Source of the DNA: Methanomassiliicoccaceae archaeon
Lineage (GTDB): Archaea > Thermoplasmatota > Thermoplasmata > Methanomassiliicoccales > Methanomassiliicoccaceae
DNA length: 64,000 nt
NCBI GenBank assembly: GCA_963728405.1
Contig: CAVSJV010000002.1
Span: forward strand, 1 to 64,000
Direction: 5' to 3'
The translations under genes were made by a program, and so were the position numbers. The notes beneath the pieces are model-generated. The model was not told the DNA's origin. It worked only from the letters and a program-made list of their open reading frames with translations, and made no database searches. Shown here in pieces: positions 13,477 through 24,676 of this stretch. The stretch's first letter is position 1. Each line of letters begins with the position of its first letter.

Positions 13477-15632
13477 TGTTTGACGCCCTCGCCCGTTTCG
13501 CCGACGGCAACGCCCGCCGAATCGGGATTTTCGCGATTCTGTTCTTCGTCCTCGCGGCGGCCGTCGGCGGCGGCGTCGCCGACCGGCTCGACCCCTACGG
13601 GGCCGACGACCCGGCGACCGAGGCCGTGGAAGCACGCGAGCAGCTGAACGACGCCGGGCTGCGCGTCCCTGCGGTCGTCGCCGTGGTTGAGAACGCCCCC
13701 GTGGCCAGGGCCTCGACCCGCGCCCGCGTCGAGGCCCTGGAGCGCAGCGTCCGCCGCCGCGGCGACGTCCAGTCGGTGACCGGCTACTACGACACCCGCT
13801 CCCCCGTCTTCGTCTCCCGTGACAAGCGCTCCACCTACTTCGCTGTGGCCCTGAAGCCGACCGAGGACAAGCAGTGGCAGGAAGCCGGCGCCGCGGTCGC
13901 CGACCAGCTCTCCGCCCAGCCCGGGGTCGTCGTCGGCGGCGCCGCGGTCGCCCAGGAGCAGGTCAACAAGCAGGTCGAGAAAGATCTGAAAATGGCGGAG
14001 ATGCTGGCCTTCCCGCTGCTCTTCCTGCTCTCGCTGCTGTTCTTCCGCAGCCTCGTCGCCTCGGTCCTGCCGCTGATGATCGGCGGCCTGGCGATCGTCG
14101 GCACCTTCCTCATCCTCCGTCTCGCCAGCGAGGTCGGCTCGATCTCGATCTTCGCCCTCAACCTGACCACGGCATTGGGTCTGGGACTGGCGATCGACTA
14201 CAGCCTCTTCATCGTCTCCCGCTATCGCGAGGAGATCGCCAGGAGCGGCCCCGGCCTGCCCGCGATGCGGCGGGTCCTGGCAACCTCCGGGCGCACCGTC
14301 TTCTTCTCCTCCCTGACCGTCGCCGCCGCGCTCGCCTCGCTGCTCGTCTTCCCGCAGCGCTTCCTCTACTCGATGGGCCTGGGCGGGGCGCTGGTGGCGC
14401 TGTTCGCGGCGCTGATCTCGCTGACCGTGCTGCCGGCGGTGCTGACCCTGCTCGGCACCCGGGTCAACGCCGGTGCGCCGAAGTTCCTGCAGCGCCGCGC
14501 CGCGGCAGATGCCGAGGTCGACGAGAACGGCTTCTGGTACCGACTCTCGCGCTTCGTGATGCGCCGGCCGTTGCCGGTGGCGACCTTCAGCGCCCTGCTG
14601 CTGATCGTCATGGGCCTGCCTTTCCTCGGGATCAAGTTCAACACCGTCGACCCGACGGTGCTGCCGGACTCGGCCAGCGCCCGCCAGGCCTACGACCTGG
14701 TCAGCAACGAATTTCCCGCCCTACCACGAGACCCCGATCTGGGTCGACGTCAAAGGCGGCGGCGCGGAGGCGGCCGCGACGCGTGGCGGCGCGCGGTCGA
14801 GCGCGGTCCCCGGCGTCGCCGAAGTGCTGCCGCCGCAACGACTGCGCGGCGACGTCACCGCGATCCAGGCGGTCTCCGCCAACCCCTTCGTCTCCGAGGC
14901 CAGCCAGGAGACCGTGAAGCAGATCCGCGAGCTGCGCGCCGCCGCCGGGCTCGACGGCGCTGGTCGGCGGCGCCACGGCCGACTTCGTCGACCTTCAGAG
15001 CAGCCTCACCGAACACCTGCCGATCGTGCTGGCGATCATCGTCGTCGCCACCCTGGTCATCCTCTTCCTGATGACCGGCTCGGTGATCCTGCCGATCAAG
15101 TCGCTGCTGATGAACTTCCTCAACCTCAGCGCCGTCTTCGGGCTGCTGGTGCTGATCTTCCAGGACGGCCGACTCGAGGGATTGCTCAACTACTCCAGCC
15201 CCGGGGCGATCGAGCAGACGATGCCGATCCTGCTCTTCGCCGTCGCCTTCGGCCTCTCCACCGACTACGCCGTCTTCCTGCTCTCGCGGATCAAGGAGGC
15301 GCGCGACAACGGCGCCTCGGACTCGGAGTGCGTGGCGATCGGGCTGGAGCGGACCGGGCGGATCGTCACCGCCGCGGCGCTGCTGTTCGCGGTCGCGATG
15401 TTCGCCTTCGCCACCTCGCAGATCATCTTCATCAAGGAGAACGGCGTCGGCACCGCGCTGGCGGTCCTGATCGACGCCAGTATCGTCCGCGCCCTCTTGG
15501 TCCCCTCGCTGATGGAGCTGCTCGGGCAAGTGGAACTGGTGGGCGCCGGCGCCGCTGCGACGCCTGCACGAGCGGATCGGGATCAGCGAGAGCGGCCGCC
15601 CCTGCCGGGCGCCGAGCCGGAGCGCGACGTGA
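13476..15632 (+). CDS. MMPL (RND) family transporter (frameshifted)
   Basis: GLGLAIDYSLFIVSRYREE, FGLSTDYAVFLLSRIKE and DASIVRALLVPSLM motifs. Confidence 0.9.
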
Positions 15633-16460
15633 ACGAACGAGGACGGGCACGGCGACCCTGCCGGGATTCGAGGCCGACACCGCGATCGAGGATCTCGGCG
15701 GCGGGCGCTTCGCGGCCGCGATGAGCGAACGCTGGTGGGTCGGCAAAGGGCCCAACGGCGGCTACGTCGCGGCAGTGATCCTGCGTGCGATCCAGGCCGG
15801 TGCCGGCACCGAGCGGGCCCCGCGCTCGCTCACCGTCCACTACCAGCGGGCGCCAAAGGCGGGGTCGGTGGAGATCGAGGTGACGGTCGAGCGCGAGGGC
15901 GGCCGCGTCACCTTCCTCTCGGCGCGGCTGACCCAGGAGGGGAAGGTGCAGGCGACCGCGCAGGCGGTGCTCTCGGAGAACTGGAGCGAGGCCGAGGCCT
16001 TCGCCGAGGCGCGGATGCCCGACGCGGGCGAGCCCGGCGAGCTGGAGACGATCGATCCCGCGGCCGACGGGCGGCCGAACATGCTGCAGAACTACCGCGT
16101 CCGTCCCGCCCTCGGCGCGCAGGCCTTCTCCGGTGGCCCACCTCACACTGGCGCCTGGATCCGCACCCGCGAGCCGCGCCTGCTCGACGCGCCGCTGGCG
16201 GCGGCCCTCCTCGACACCTGGTTCCCCGCCCCCTTCGTCCGCCTCGAGCGCCCGCACGGGGCGCCGACGATCGACTACACAGTCCACTTCCGCTCGCCGC
16301 TACCGCCGGCGGGGCGACGCCCGAGGATCCCTACCTGATCGCCTTCGGGTCGGGCACCGCGCGCCACGGGTTCTTCGAGGAAGACGGCGAGCTCTGGTCG
16401 GCCGACGGCACCCTGCTGGCGCAGTCGCGGCAGCTGGCGCTTCTGCTCGACGCTTCGTAG
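15629..16460 (+). CDS. Acyl-CoA thioesterase (double hot-dog) family protein (frameshifted)
   Basis: WWVGKGPNGGYVAA, PTIDYTVHFR and GFFEEDGELWSADGTLLAQSRQLA. Confidence 0.82.
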
Positions 16461-17925
16461 TTGTAGACACTGGCGTCGAAACCGGTGAGACGGGTTCGCT
16501 CGCGTAGCCCAGCGGTTCCAGTTCGAACAGTTCCTCGATGCTGTTCAGCAGCGAGTAGTGGTTGAAGTAGCCGCTTTCGTCGACCGTGCCGGGGGCGACG
16601 AAGGGCGAGAGCAGGAGCAGCCCGACGCGGCCGCCGCCACCGCTCGGCTTGACCGGGCCGGCGGCGGCTTCGGCGGCGTGGCTTCGAGCCGGGATGTTCG
16701 GGTAGGCCGGAGAGATCGCAGCAGGAGCTGGCGTCGGGCGTGGGGCCGGTCTGGCGGGCCTGCGGCGGAGGTGATCGCGATCAGGCCCGCCTTCTTTGTA
16801 GGCGGGCGATGCCTCGATCGCCGGCACCACCCGCTTGAGGAACTCTTCGGCGGCGAGCGGTCCGGCCGGTTCGCCTTCTTCGCACGGCAGTTCGCCGCCG
16901 GCATGGCAGGCGTCGGGGACGATGTAGGAGAGCGCCGGCGTCGTCTTCGGCGGCTTGCAGGTCGGGCGCGAGCTGTTCGAGGCCGACGTCGCTCGCCGCG
17001 CACTCGGCCCCGTCGCTCGATCGAGTGGAAGTAGACGAAGGGTTGCGCCAGGTCCTGGGTCGCCCGGCAGGCGCTTGCCGGGTCGGCTCCGAGCCGGGTG
17101 CCGGCAGGTGGGGCTCGCCCGCCGACCGATGCCTTCGACGTAGGCCTTCCAGCTCAGCTCTTTCTCGGCCAGCTGGCCGGGCAGCGTCGCGGTCTCGGCC
17201 GGGTAGGCGCAGCCGTTGCCTTCGACCTGGCCCGTGCGTGGAGATCGTGCCCGGCACGATATCGGTGTAGCACCGGGCAGCTCGGCCGCGGTTTCCAGCG
17301 GTCGGCCCCTGGCCGCTGAGCAGCGCGACTTGGTTGGCGAGGACGCCTTTCGTCGCCGCGTAATAGTTGCGCAGCAGCTCGCCCTTTCGCGGCCAGCGTC
17401 TGTGCCAGGTAGGGAGCGGGCGAGCTCGCCCCGAACGCTTCCTCGAAGCCGTTTTCGCCGAGCACGATCAAGAACACGTGCTTGACCGGCGGCAGCGTTT
17501 CTTCTTCTTCGAAGAGTTCCGGGGGCGGGGTCGGTTCGGGCGTCGCCGCCGGCAGCGGTTCTTCGGTCGCGGGGGCAGCGATCGGGAGACTGGAAGCGGT
17601 GACCGGCAACGCCGGCGCCGGCTCGGGCTTGGCGGTCGGCTTCCGGGGCCGAGGGTTCGACCGGTTCCTCCGCGGCCGGCTTCGGCGACGGTACTTCGAG
17701 CACGATCGAGGTGAGGCCGGCGCTCCGAGCGATCTGGCTGGTCGCCGAGCCGAGCAGGACGCCGAGCGTGAGCATCCCCATCACCGCGACCGCCGCCGCC
17801 CAGGGCGAGGGCATGAAGCGGCACTCCAGGCACTCGTCTCGCCTGCCCGAGATCGCGGCGCCACAATCGGCGCACCGCTTGGCGCCGGTCTCCTTGCGGC
17901 TCTCGTCGTTGCTGGAGGTGGTCAC
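16440..17925 (-). CDS. Membrane-anchored phosphoesterase-family protein with N-terminal zinc ribbon (multiply frameshifted; 3' end approximate)
   Basis: CADC..CLEC, TM helix, Pro/Glu linker, then VKHVFLIVLGENG, WKAYVE, PALSYIVPDACH, GGGRVGLLLLSPFV and FNHYSLLNSIEELF. Confidence 0.72.
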
Positions 17926-18050
17926 GCCGAGCGCCAATACTCGCCTCACCGCGCCGGCCAGTTGTGAACATCCTGAGTCCGCCCCAGCGAGAGCCGGTGC
18001 CTTCACAACTCTTAAACACCGGGGCGGGCGCGGGACCCGAAGATGCGCCG

Positions 18051-18638
18051 GTGAGCGAACAGTGCCCGTCTTGCGGCGCCCATATGGCCGCCGACCAGCG
18101 TTACTGCCTCGAGTGCGGGCTCCGGCGCGGCGATCCACGGCTGCCGTTCATGGACGCGGTGGTCTTCATGGACGCGATGAGGCGTCCGGCCGCCGCCACT
18201 CAACCCTCCTCCCCTCCCCCGCCCGAGCGCCGCTCGCGGATGACCGCGAACGCCTCGCTGATCGCCGGCGTGGCGACGCTGGTGCTGGCGATCGGGGTCG
18301 GCGTGATGATCGGGCAGTCGGGTGACAACGGCAGCTCGGTCGCCTCGGCACCGGCGCCACAGATCATCAAGGTCGGCGGTGGCGGCGAAGAAGACGCGAC
18401 CGCGTCGACCGCCGAAAGCGCCAATGAATTCGGCGGCAACAAGGGCAAGGCGAAGAAGGCCAAGGCCCCCGAGAAGGCGGTCGACAGCAGCGGCACCTCC
18501 GAAGCCGCCGCCGAAGTGCTGAAGCCGGCCGGAGACGTGAAGCTGCCACCGCCGACCGTGAAGCCCGGGGGCAAGTGCGAAAGCGGCGCCTCCGGTTGCA
18601 AGGGCGGCGAATTCACCGGGGAATTCTTCGGCGAATGA
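18051..18638 (+). CDS. Zinc-ribbon membrane protein
   Basis: CPSCGAHMAADQRYCLECG, one TM helix and a C-terminal Cys pair (KCESGASGCKGG). Alternative start at 17964. Confidence 0.72.
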   Translation: MSEQCPSCGAHMAADQRYCLECGLRRGDPRLPFMDAVVFMDAMRRPAAATQPSSPPPPERRSRMTANASLIAGVATLVLAIGVGVMIGQSGDNGSSVASAPAPQIIKVGGGGEEDATASTAESANEFGGNKGKAKKAKAPEKAVDSSGTSEAAAEVLKPAGDVKLPPPTVKPGGKCESGASGCKGGEFTGEFFGE

Positions 18639-18976
18639 GCGACGATCGCAAAGAGTTCGTGGTCGACCTGCAGCGCCGCCGCGAGCAGCTGGTGGCCCGG
18701 GTCGCGGAGCTTCAGTGGGACCTCGGCGGGCTCGCCTACGAGATGGCGATCCGCAACAGCGTCAAGGTCGAGGTCCTGGTCAAGCGCGCGGTCGAGCTGC
18801 AGGACGCCGACGCGGAACTGAGCGAGGTCGAACGCATCGTGCGGATGGAGGAGACCGGCACGTCCGGCTCCTGCGGCTCCTGCGGGGCCCCGCACAGCAG
18901 CGGCGCCACCTTCTGCTGGCAGTGCGGCCACTCGCTGCTGCCGCAGGTCTCCGGCGACGCGATCCTGCGCGGCTGA
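18635..18976 (+). CDS. Coiled-coil protein with C-terminal zinc ribbon
   Basis: LQWDLGGLAYEMAIR and CGSCGAPHSSGATFCWQCG; ATGA overlap with the previous gene. Confidence 0.75.
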   Translation: MSDDRKEFVVDLQRRREQLVARVAELQWDLGGLAYEMAIRNSVKVEVLVKRAVELQDADAELSEVERIVRMEETGTSGSCGSCGAPHSSGATFCWQCGHSLLPQVSGDAILRG

Positions 18977-18977
18977 C

Positions 18978-19892
18978 CTAGCCGAAGCGGCCGTTGACGT
19001 AGTCGCGGGTGCGCGGGTCGCGCGGCCGGCCGAAGATCGTCTCGGTGTCGTCGTACTCGATCAGGGTGCCGACCGGCTTGGCGTCGCCTGAGTCGAGGCT
19101 GAAGAAGGCGGTGCGGTCGGCTACCCGCGCGGCCTGCTGCATGTTGTGGGTGACGATGACGATCGTGAAGCGACCTTTGAGGCTGTGCATCAGCTCCTCG
19201 ATCGCCCCGGTCGCGATCGGGTCGAGCGCCGAGGCGGGCTCGTCGAGCAGCAGCACATCAGGCTCGATCGCGATCGCACGGGCGATGCAGAGGCGCTGCT
19301 GCTGGCCACCGGAGAGCCCGAGGGCACTGTCCTTGAGCCGGTCCTTGACCTCTTCCCAGAGCGCCGCGCCGCGCAGCGCCTGCTCCACTCGCTCGTCCAG
19401 CCCCGACTTGAGGCCGAGGTTGCGCGGCGCCCAGGCGACGTTGTCGTAGATCGACTTCGGGAACGGGTTCGGTTTCTGGAAGACCATCCCGATCCGTCGC
19501 CGAACCTCGACCTGGTCGACATTGCCACCGTAGAGGTCGTGGCCGTGGTAGAGGATCTGGCCCTCGATCCTGAAGCTCGCGACCGAGTCGTTCATGCGGT
19601 TGAGGCTGCGTAGGAAGGTCGTCTTGCCGCAGCCGGAGGGGCCGATCAGGGCGGTGATCTGGCCGCGGCGGATGCGCAGGGAGACGTCGCTCAGTGCCTG
19701 TTTGGCGCCGTAGAAGACGGCCACGCCCTGGGCCTCGAAGACCACCTCGGGCGCGACCCGAAACTCGCCGGCGCCGCTCGTCGTCGCCAACTCGGCGGCC
19801 AGCGGGGCCCCTCTGCGGAGGCGGACGCGGGGCGGCACCGCGGGCGGGGCCGGGTCGAAGTCGAGACCCTCGATCTGCCTGAAGTCGGTCAT
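18978..19892 (-). CDS. pstB: Phosphate ABC transporter ATPase
   Basis: [38 protein letters not shown] and [10 protein letters not shown] motifs. Confidence 0.95.
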   Translation of the reverse strand: MTDFRQIEGLDFDPAPPAVPPRVRLRRGAPLAAELATTSGAGEFRVAPEVVFEAQGVAVFYGAKQALSDVSLRIRRGQITALIGPSGCGKTTFLRSLNRMNDSVASFRIEGQILYHGHDLYGGNVDQVEVRRRIGMVFQKPNPFPKSIYDNVAWAPRNLGLKSGLDERVEQALRGAALWEEVKDRLKDSALGLSGGQQQRLCIARAIAIEPDVLLLDEPASALDPIATGAIEELMHSLKGRFTIVIVTHNMQQAARVADRTAFFSLDSGDAKPVGTLIEYDDTETIFGRPRDPRTRDYVNGRFG

Positions 19893-20764
19893 GCGCCCAA
19901 CCTCCTGCGGCTGCGAGCAAGCAGAGCCCTGGCCCCGACGCTGGCGAAGAGGATCAGTGAGACGAGGACGAAGGACAGGCCCCAGGCTTCGGCAAAGCCT
20001 TCCGGGTTCGCTTCTTCGGAGAGCTGGAAGATCCGCACCGGGACGTTGGGCAGGGATTCGAACGGGTTCAGCGAGTAACTGCCGGGGTCGAAGATGAAGC
20101 TGGCGAAGATCAGCGGCGCGGTCTCGCCGGCGGCGCGGGCGACCGAGAGGACGGTCGCGGTGACGATGCCGCCGAGCGCGGTCGGCAGCACGATCCCCAG
20201 CACCGCGCGCCAGCGGCTGACACCGAGCGCGTCGGCGGCTTCGCGCAGGTTCGAGGGGACCAGCATCAACACCTCCTGGCTGCCGCGGGCGATCAGCGGC
20301 ACCTCGATGATCGCCAGCGCCACCGCGCCCGCGAAGCCCGACGGTTTGCGGTGAGCGACGAGCAGCCCGTAGATGAAGAGGCCGATGATGATCGAGGGCA
20401 GTCCGTTGATCAGGTCAAGGACCAGCCGGATCGCGTTGGCGCTGCGCGAGCCGGCGAACTCGGTCAAGAAGAGGGCAACAAGGACGCCGATCGGCATCGC
20501 GATCGCGGTCGCGATGCCGACGATGATCGCGGTGCCGACGAGCTCAGGGCCGATTCCATCCGGCGCGCCCTTGATCAGGAAATCGAGGTTGAGAGCGCTG
20601 GCGCCGCGGGTGAGCACGGTATAGACGACGATCGCCAGAACGGCGACGGCGAGCGCGGCGGCGGCCGTCGCGCCGTACTCGGCGACCCGACTCACGAACC
20701 GCCGCCGGCGCAAGTTGCCACTCGGGGTGAGCGGTGCCATCGGGTCGAACATCGCCTCGCTCAT
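19889..20764 (-). CDS. pstA: Phosphate ABC transporter permease
   Basis: [19 protein letters not shown] and [10 protein letters not shown] motifs. Confidence 0.93.
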   Translation of the reverse strand: MSEAMFDPMAPLTPSGNLRRRRFVSRVAEYGATAAAALAVAVLAIVVYTVLTRGASALNLDFLIKGAPDGIGPELVGTAIIVGIATAIAMPIGVLVALFLTEFAGSRSANAIRLVLDLINGLPSIIIGLFIYGLLVAHRKPSGFAGAVALAIIEVPLIARGSQEVLMLVPSNLREAADALGVSRWRAVLGIVLPTALGGIVTATVLSVARAAGETAPLIFASFIFDPGSYSLNPFESLPNVPVRIFQLSEEANPEGFAEAWGLSFVLVSLILFASVGARALLARSRRRLGA

Positions 20765-21768
20765 CGCGCTGTCGCCCCTCGATAGCTGAAACGTCGACCG
20801 ATCCACTGCGCGATCAGATTCGAGGCCAGTCCGATCACCAGCAGGATCACGCCGAGGTAGTAGAGCGAGGCTATGTGCATCTCGGTCAGCGCCCCTGGGA
20901 ACTGGTTGGCGATGCGCGCCGCCAGGGTGTCGCCGGTCTTGAACAGCGAGGCCTGGATTTCTGAGCCGGCGCCGATCACCTGGGCGACGGCGATGGCCTC
21001 GCCCAGCGCCCGCCCCAGCCCGAGCAGCGAGGCGGCGACGACCCCGGACGCGGTCGACGGCAACACCACGCCCCGCACCACCTCCCAGCGGGTCGCCCCC
21101 AGCGCGCCGGCACCGTCCTGGAGGTCGCGCGGGACCGCCTGGAAGAGATCACGCGAGATCGAGGCAATGATCGGCACCACCATGATCGTCAGGATCAGGC
21201 TCGCGGTGAAGATGCTGGCGCCGGTGGTTTGCGGGGCACCGAAGATCGGGATGAAGCCGAGCTTGTCGTGCAGGAACGGCTCGAGCGTGCCCTGGACGAA
21301 GGGCGCCAGCACCAACACCCCCCAGAAGCCGAGGATGACGCTGGGGATCGCTGCCAGCATCTCGACCAGCGGCGCGATGATCCCCCGCACCCCCGAGGGC
21401 GCCAGCAGACTCAAGTAGAGGCCGATCGAGATCGCGATCGGCACTCCCAGCGCCAACGCGGCGAAGGAGCTGACGGCGGTCCCGAAGATCAGCGAGCCGG
21501 CCCCGAACTGACCGAAGTTCGGTTGCCAGGTCGTCGAGGTGAGGAATTCCAGCCCGTACTTGGAGATCGCCGGGCCGGCCCCATGCACCACCTGGTAGGC
21601 GATCAGGACGATCGTCGCGACGCAGAGCAGGGCGGCGAGGAGGCAGACCGCGTAGAGGGCGCGGTCGCCGATCCGGTCGGCCTGCTTACGACGCCGCGCG
21701 GAACGGGCACGGGAGGCACCCGGGGGATTGAGAAGGGCCGGGCTGGCGCTGGTGCTCACGGATCGCAC
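20761..21768 (-). CDS. pstC: Phosphate ABC transporter permease
   Basis: EMLAAIPSVILGFWG, ALGATRWE and LGLGRALGEAIAV motifs. Confidence 0.93.
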   Translation of the reverse strand: MRSVSTSASPALLNPPGASRARSARRRKQADRIGDRALYAVCLLAALLCVATIVLIAYQVVHGAGPAISKYGLEFLTSTTWQPNFGQFGAGSLIFGTAVSSFAALALGVPIAISIGLYLSLLAPSGVRGIIAPLVEMLAAIPSVILGFWGVLVLAPFVQGTLEPFLHDKLGFIPIFGAPQTTGASIFTASLILTIMVVPIIASISRDLFQAVPRDLQDGAGALGATRWEVVRGVVLPSTASGVVAASLLGLGRALGEAIAVAQVIGAGSEIQASLFKTGDTLAARIANQFPGALTEMHIASLYYLGVILLVIGLASNLIAQWIGRRFSYRGATAR

Positions 21769-21793
21769 CGTAGTGAATCCAACACCGCTATTT

Positions 21794-21854
21794 GTTACGA
21801 ACTTTCACACTTACTGTCACATTTTTGTAACACCATCTTTCACGGGATTGACAC
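21794..21854. promoter_or_regulatory. PHO-box-like direct repeat array in the pstC/pstS divergent promoter
   Basis: GTTAC, TTCAC, GTCAC, GTAAC, TTCAC and GACAC units start at 21794, 21804, 21816, 21827, 21839 and 21850 (~11-bp period) in an AT-rich gap. Confidence 0.55.
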
Positions 21855-21944
21855 ATATGTGTGATTCCCGGCCCCGATGCTATGCCGCGCCCGGGCTGCA
21901 CCCTTGCGCCCGCGAGACATAGAAACGAATCGAAAGGAATTCTC

Positions 21945-22952
21945 TTGAATCGCATCAGGTTGCTTGGGGTGGCCATAACGGCCGTCTTCGTCATGGCGAC
22001 GGGGGTGGCCAGCGCCTCCGCCGCCGGCCTCACCGGGGCCGGCTCCTCGCTGGTCGCGCCGCTGATGGCCAACTGGATCAACGGCTTCGAAATCAAGGAA
22101 GGCATCCCGGTCAAGTACGGCTCGGTCGGCTCCGGTGCCGGAATCGCCCAGATCACCGCCCGCACGGTCGACTTCGGCGCCTCCGACGCTCCGCTGACGG
22201 CAGCGCAGGCCGCGGCCTGCAACAGCTGCGTTCAGATTCCCTGGGCGCTGACGGGCGTCGCCATCGGATACAACGTCCCAGGGGTCAAGAAGCTCAACCT
22301 CACGGGTCCGATTCTCGCCGGCATCTACTTCGGCAGGATCACCAAGTGGAACGACCCGAAGATCAAGAAGATCAACCCGGGCGTGAAGCTGCCGGGCCTG
22401 ACCATCACCCCCGTGTTCCGCAGCGACGGCTCGGGTGACACCTACGCGTTCACCAACTACCTGTCGAAGATCAGCCCCGCCTGGAAAAGCGAAGTCGGAT
22501 ACGCGACGTCGGTCGGCTTCAAGGCCGGCGTCGGCGGCAAGGGGAACTCCGGCGTCACCTCGACCGTCACCAAGACGCCCGGGGCAATCGGCTACATCTC
22601 GGCCTCCTACCTGATCGCAGCCGGTCTCAGGGCCGCCGCGATCCAGAACAAGGCGGGCAACTACGAGCTGCCGAACCTGAAGAACATCGAAAGCGCGGCG
22701 GCGGCGGTGAAGAAGGTTCCGGCGAGCAACGAACTCAACATCTCCAACCCACCGAAGAAGGCGAAGACGGCTTACCCGATCTCCACCTTCACCTACGCGA
22801 TCATCCCGCACAACGCAGCCCAGAAGGGCTTCCTGCAGCAGTTCCTCAACTACGCCATCACCAAGGGACAGGCCTACGGAGCGGCGCTTGACTTCGCGCC
22901 CCTGCCGAAGGTCGTCTCGAGCGCGGCGAAAAAGGCAATCGCCTCGCTCTAA
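21945..22952 (+). CDS. pstS: Phosphate-binding protein
   Basis: GAAAGGA RBS and TTG start; signal peptide; GAGSS, GSGAG, DFGASD, RSDGSGDT and YPISTFTY motifs. Confidence 0.95.
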   Translation: MNRIRLLGVAITAVFVMATGVASASAAGLTGAGSSLVAPLMANWINGFEIKEGIPVKYGSVGSGAGIAQITARTVDFGASDAPLTAAQAAACNSCVQIPWALTGVAIGYNVPGVKKLNLTGPILAGIYFGRITKWNDPKIKKINPGVKLPGLTITPVFRSDGSGDTYAFTNYLSKISPAWKSEVGYATSVGFKAGVGGKGNSGVTSTVTKTPGAIGYISASYLIAAGLRAAAIQNKAGNYELPNLKNIESAAAAVKKVPASNELNISNPPKKAKTAYPISTFTYAIIPHNAAQKGFLQQFLNYAITKGQAYGAALDFAPLPKVVSSAAKKAIASL

Positions 22953-22976
22953 GCAGTAACTGTTGCCTCGCGCCGC

Positions 22977-23816
22977 CTAGGCGAAAGCCTGGGCGGCGCG
23001 GCGGCGCAGGTCGGCATTGAGCATGCCGGTGACCTGGCTGGGCTTCTCGCCCGCGGAGGGGACGGCGGCGCCGATCAGGCCGGCGGCGCGGAAGCCGTAA
23101 AGGGGGGCGACGAAGCCGAGCTCGCGGATCTTGCGGACGAGGCCGACCGCGTCCTTGGTCTCGGCCCCGGGGCCGCAGAGGACGATCGCGGTCGGGTCGA
23201 GGGCGCCGAGCGCGCGCTCGAGGCGCTCGTCGCCGAGCTCGTTGGAGAGGACGAGGACGCGGAAGCCGGCGCGGCGCAGGGCGAGGTCGAGGGCCTGGGT
23301 GTGGACCTCCTCGGCGTCCTGGCCGTGGCTGGAGTCGAGCAGCAGGATCCCGGCCGGGCGCGAGGCGGCGGAGGCGAGGCGGCGGGCGCCGTGCAGCCAA
23401 CCGGTCGCCCAGCGGGCGGCGAACTCGAGCTCGGCCTCGCGGTCGGGGTCGGCGGCGAGCTCGTCGATCGCCGGCAGTAGCAGCTCCTCGACCGTGCGCT
23501 CGAGCGGCCGCAGCGCCAGGCTCTCCTCGATCGCGCGGTCGGCGGCCTCCTCGTCGAAGCTCTCCAGCGCGGCGAGCATCTCGCCGCCGCTGGCCGGCGC
23601 CGACTGGCGCTGGCGGGCAAGCTCGATCGCCGAGGAGATGTTGCCGGTCTGGGCGAGGGCGTCGCGCAGGGTCTGCAGCTCCATCAGCTCGTAGTTGCGG
23701 TGGTTGCCGACGGTGCGCTTGGGCAGCGGGTAGCCGTAGCGGCGCTCCCAGCTGCGCAGGGTGTTGGGGCTGACGCCGAGCACTTCGGCCGCCGCGTTGG
23801 TTCGGATTCCCGGCAT
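22977..23816 (-). CDS. MerR-family regulator with CarH/LitR-like C-terminal domains
   Basis: GVSPNTLRSWERRYGYPLPKRTVGNHRNY HTH, then a helical bundle and a Rossmann-like domain. Confidence 0.8.
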   Translation of the reverse strand: MPGIRTNAAAEVLGVSPNTLRSWERRYGYPLPKRTVGNHRNYELMELQTLRDALAQTGNISSAIELARQRQSAPASGGEMLAALESFDEEAADRAIEESLALRPLERTVEELLLPAIDELAADPDREAELEFAARWATGWLHGARRLASAASRPAGILLLDSSHGQDAEEVHTQALDLALRRAGFRVLVLSNELGDERLERALGALDPTAIVLCGPGAETKDAVGLVRKIRELGFVAPLYGFRAAGLIGAAVPSAGEKPSQVTGMLNADLRRRAAQAFA

Positions 23817-23881
23817 CTGCAGGCCATTCAAGCACCGCCGATGCGGGTTTACACCAGTTATGGACAAATTTCCGGAATCTG

Positions 23882-24642
23882 TCAGCGATCTTGCAAGCAG
23901 GCGCCGACGCCCAGCGGCTGCCCGACGGCACGGGCGCGCCACATCGCCGCATCGGCCTCATGCAGGAGCGCCTCGACGTCGGTGCCGTGGTCGGGACAGG
24001 CGACGACGCCGGCCGAAACCGCGATCCGCAGCCCCCCCGCCCGCTCCAGCTCCTCCAGCGTCCCCAGCAGCCGCTCCGCCATCTGCACAGCTTCGACCGT
24101 CCGCAGGTTCGGGGCGAGGACGCAGATCGCGTCCTCCTCGAGGCGAAAGGCTTCGTCGACGATGCGGATGCTGTCGCGCAGGGCGGCGCCGAGGATCGCC
24201 AGCACCGTCTCCTGGGCGCCACCGGCGCCGCCGTCGCGGGTCCCCGGGCCGGAGGCATCGAAGACGGCGAGCGCGAACGGGTGCCCGTAGCGGCGGTTGG
24301 TCTCCGCCATCTGGTCGAGCCGGCGGCGCATGTGGCCGGGCTGGTAGAGGCTGGCGAGCTCGTGCTGCTCGGCGGGCTCCGGCGCTGGGCGCCGGGCGCG
24401 GGCTCCGGCGCCGGCTGGGCTCCCGCCTGCCCGTAGGCCGCGTCGACCGCGGTCGCGGTGACCGCGCCGAAATCGGATGCGAGGCGCGCGGCGGCGGCGG
24501 CGAAGCGCTCCGGCCGCTCCCCTCCCAGTTCCTCGCCCAGCTTGGCCAGCAGCGACGCCTGCAGGGAGGAGACCTCGTGGGCGATCCGGCCCGCCGGCGT
24601 CACGCTGCCTGAACTGCCGCCTGTGCTCGAGTGGGCCGCCAC
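23882..24642 (-). CDS. Degenerate GGDEF-domain protein (frameshift near 24345)
   Basis: RYGHPFALAVFD...LRDSIRIVDEAFRLEEDAICVL...VSAGV...ADAAMWRA. The GGDEF position reads EEDAI. Confidence 0.7.
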
Positions 24643-24676
24643 GCGGTGACCTTGGCGAAAGCGGCGGACGTAGGCG

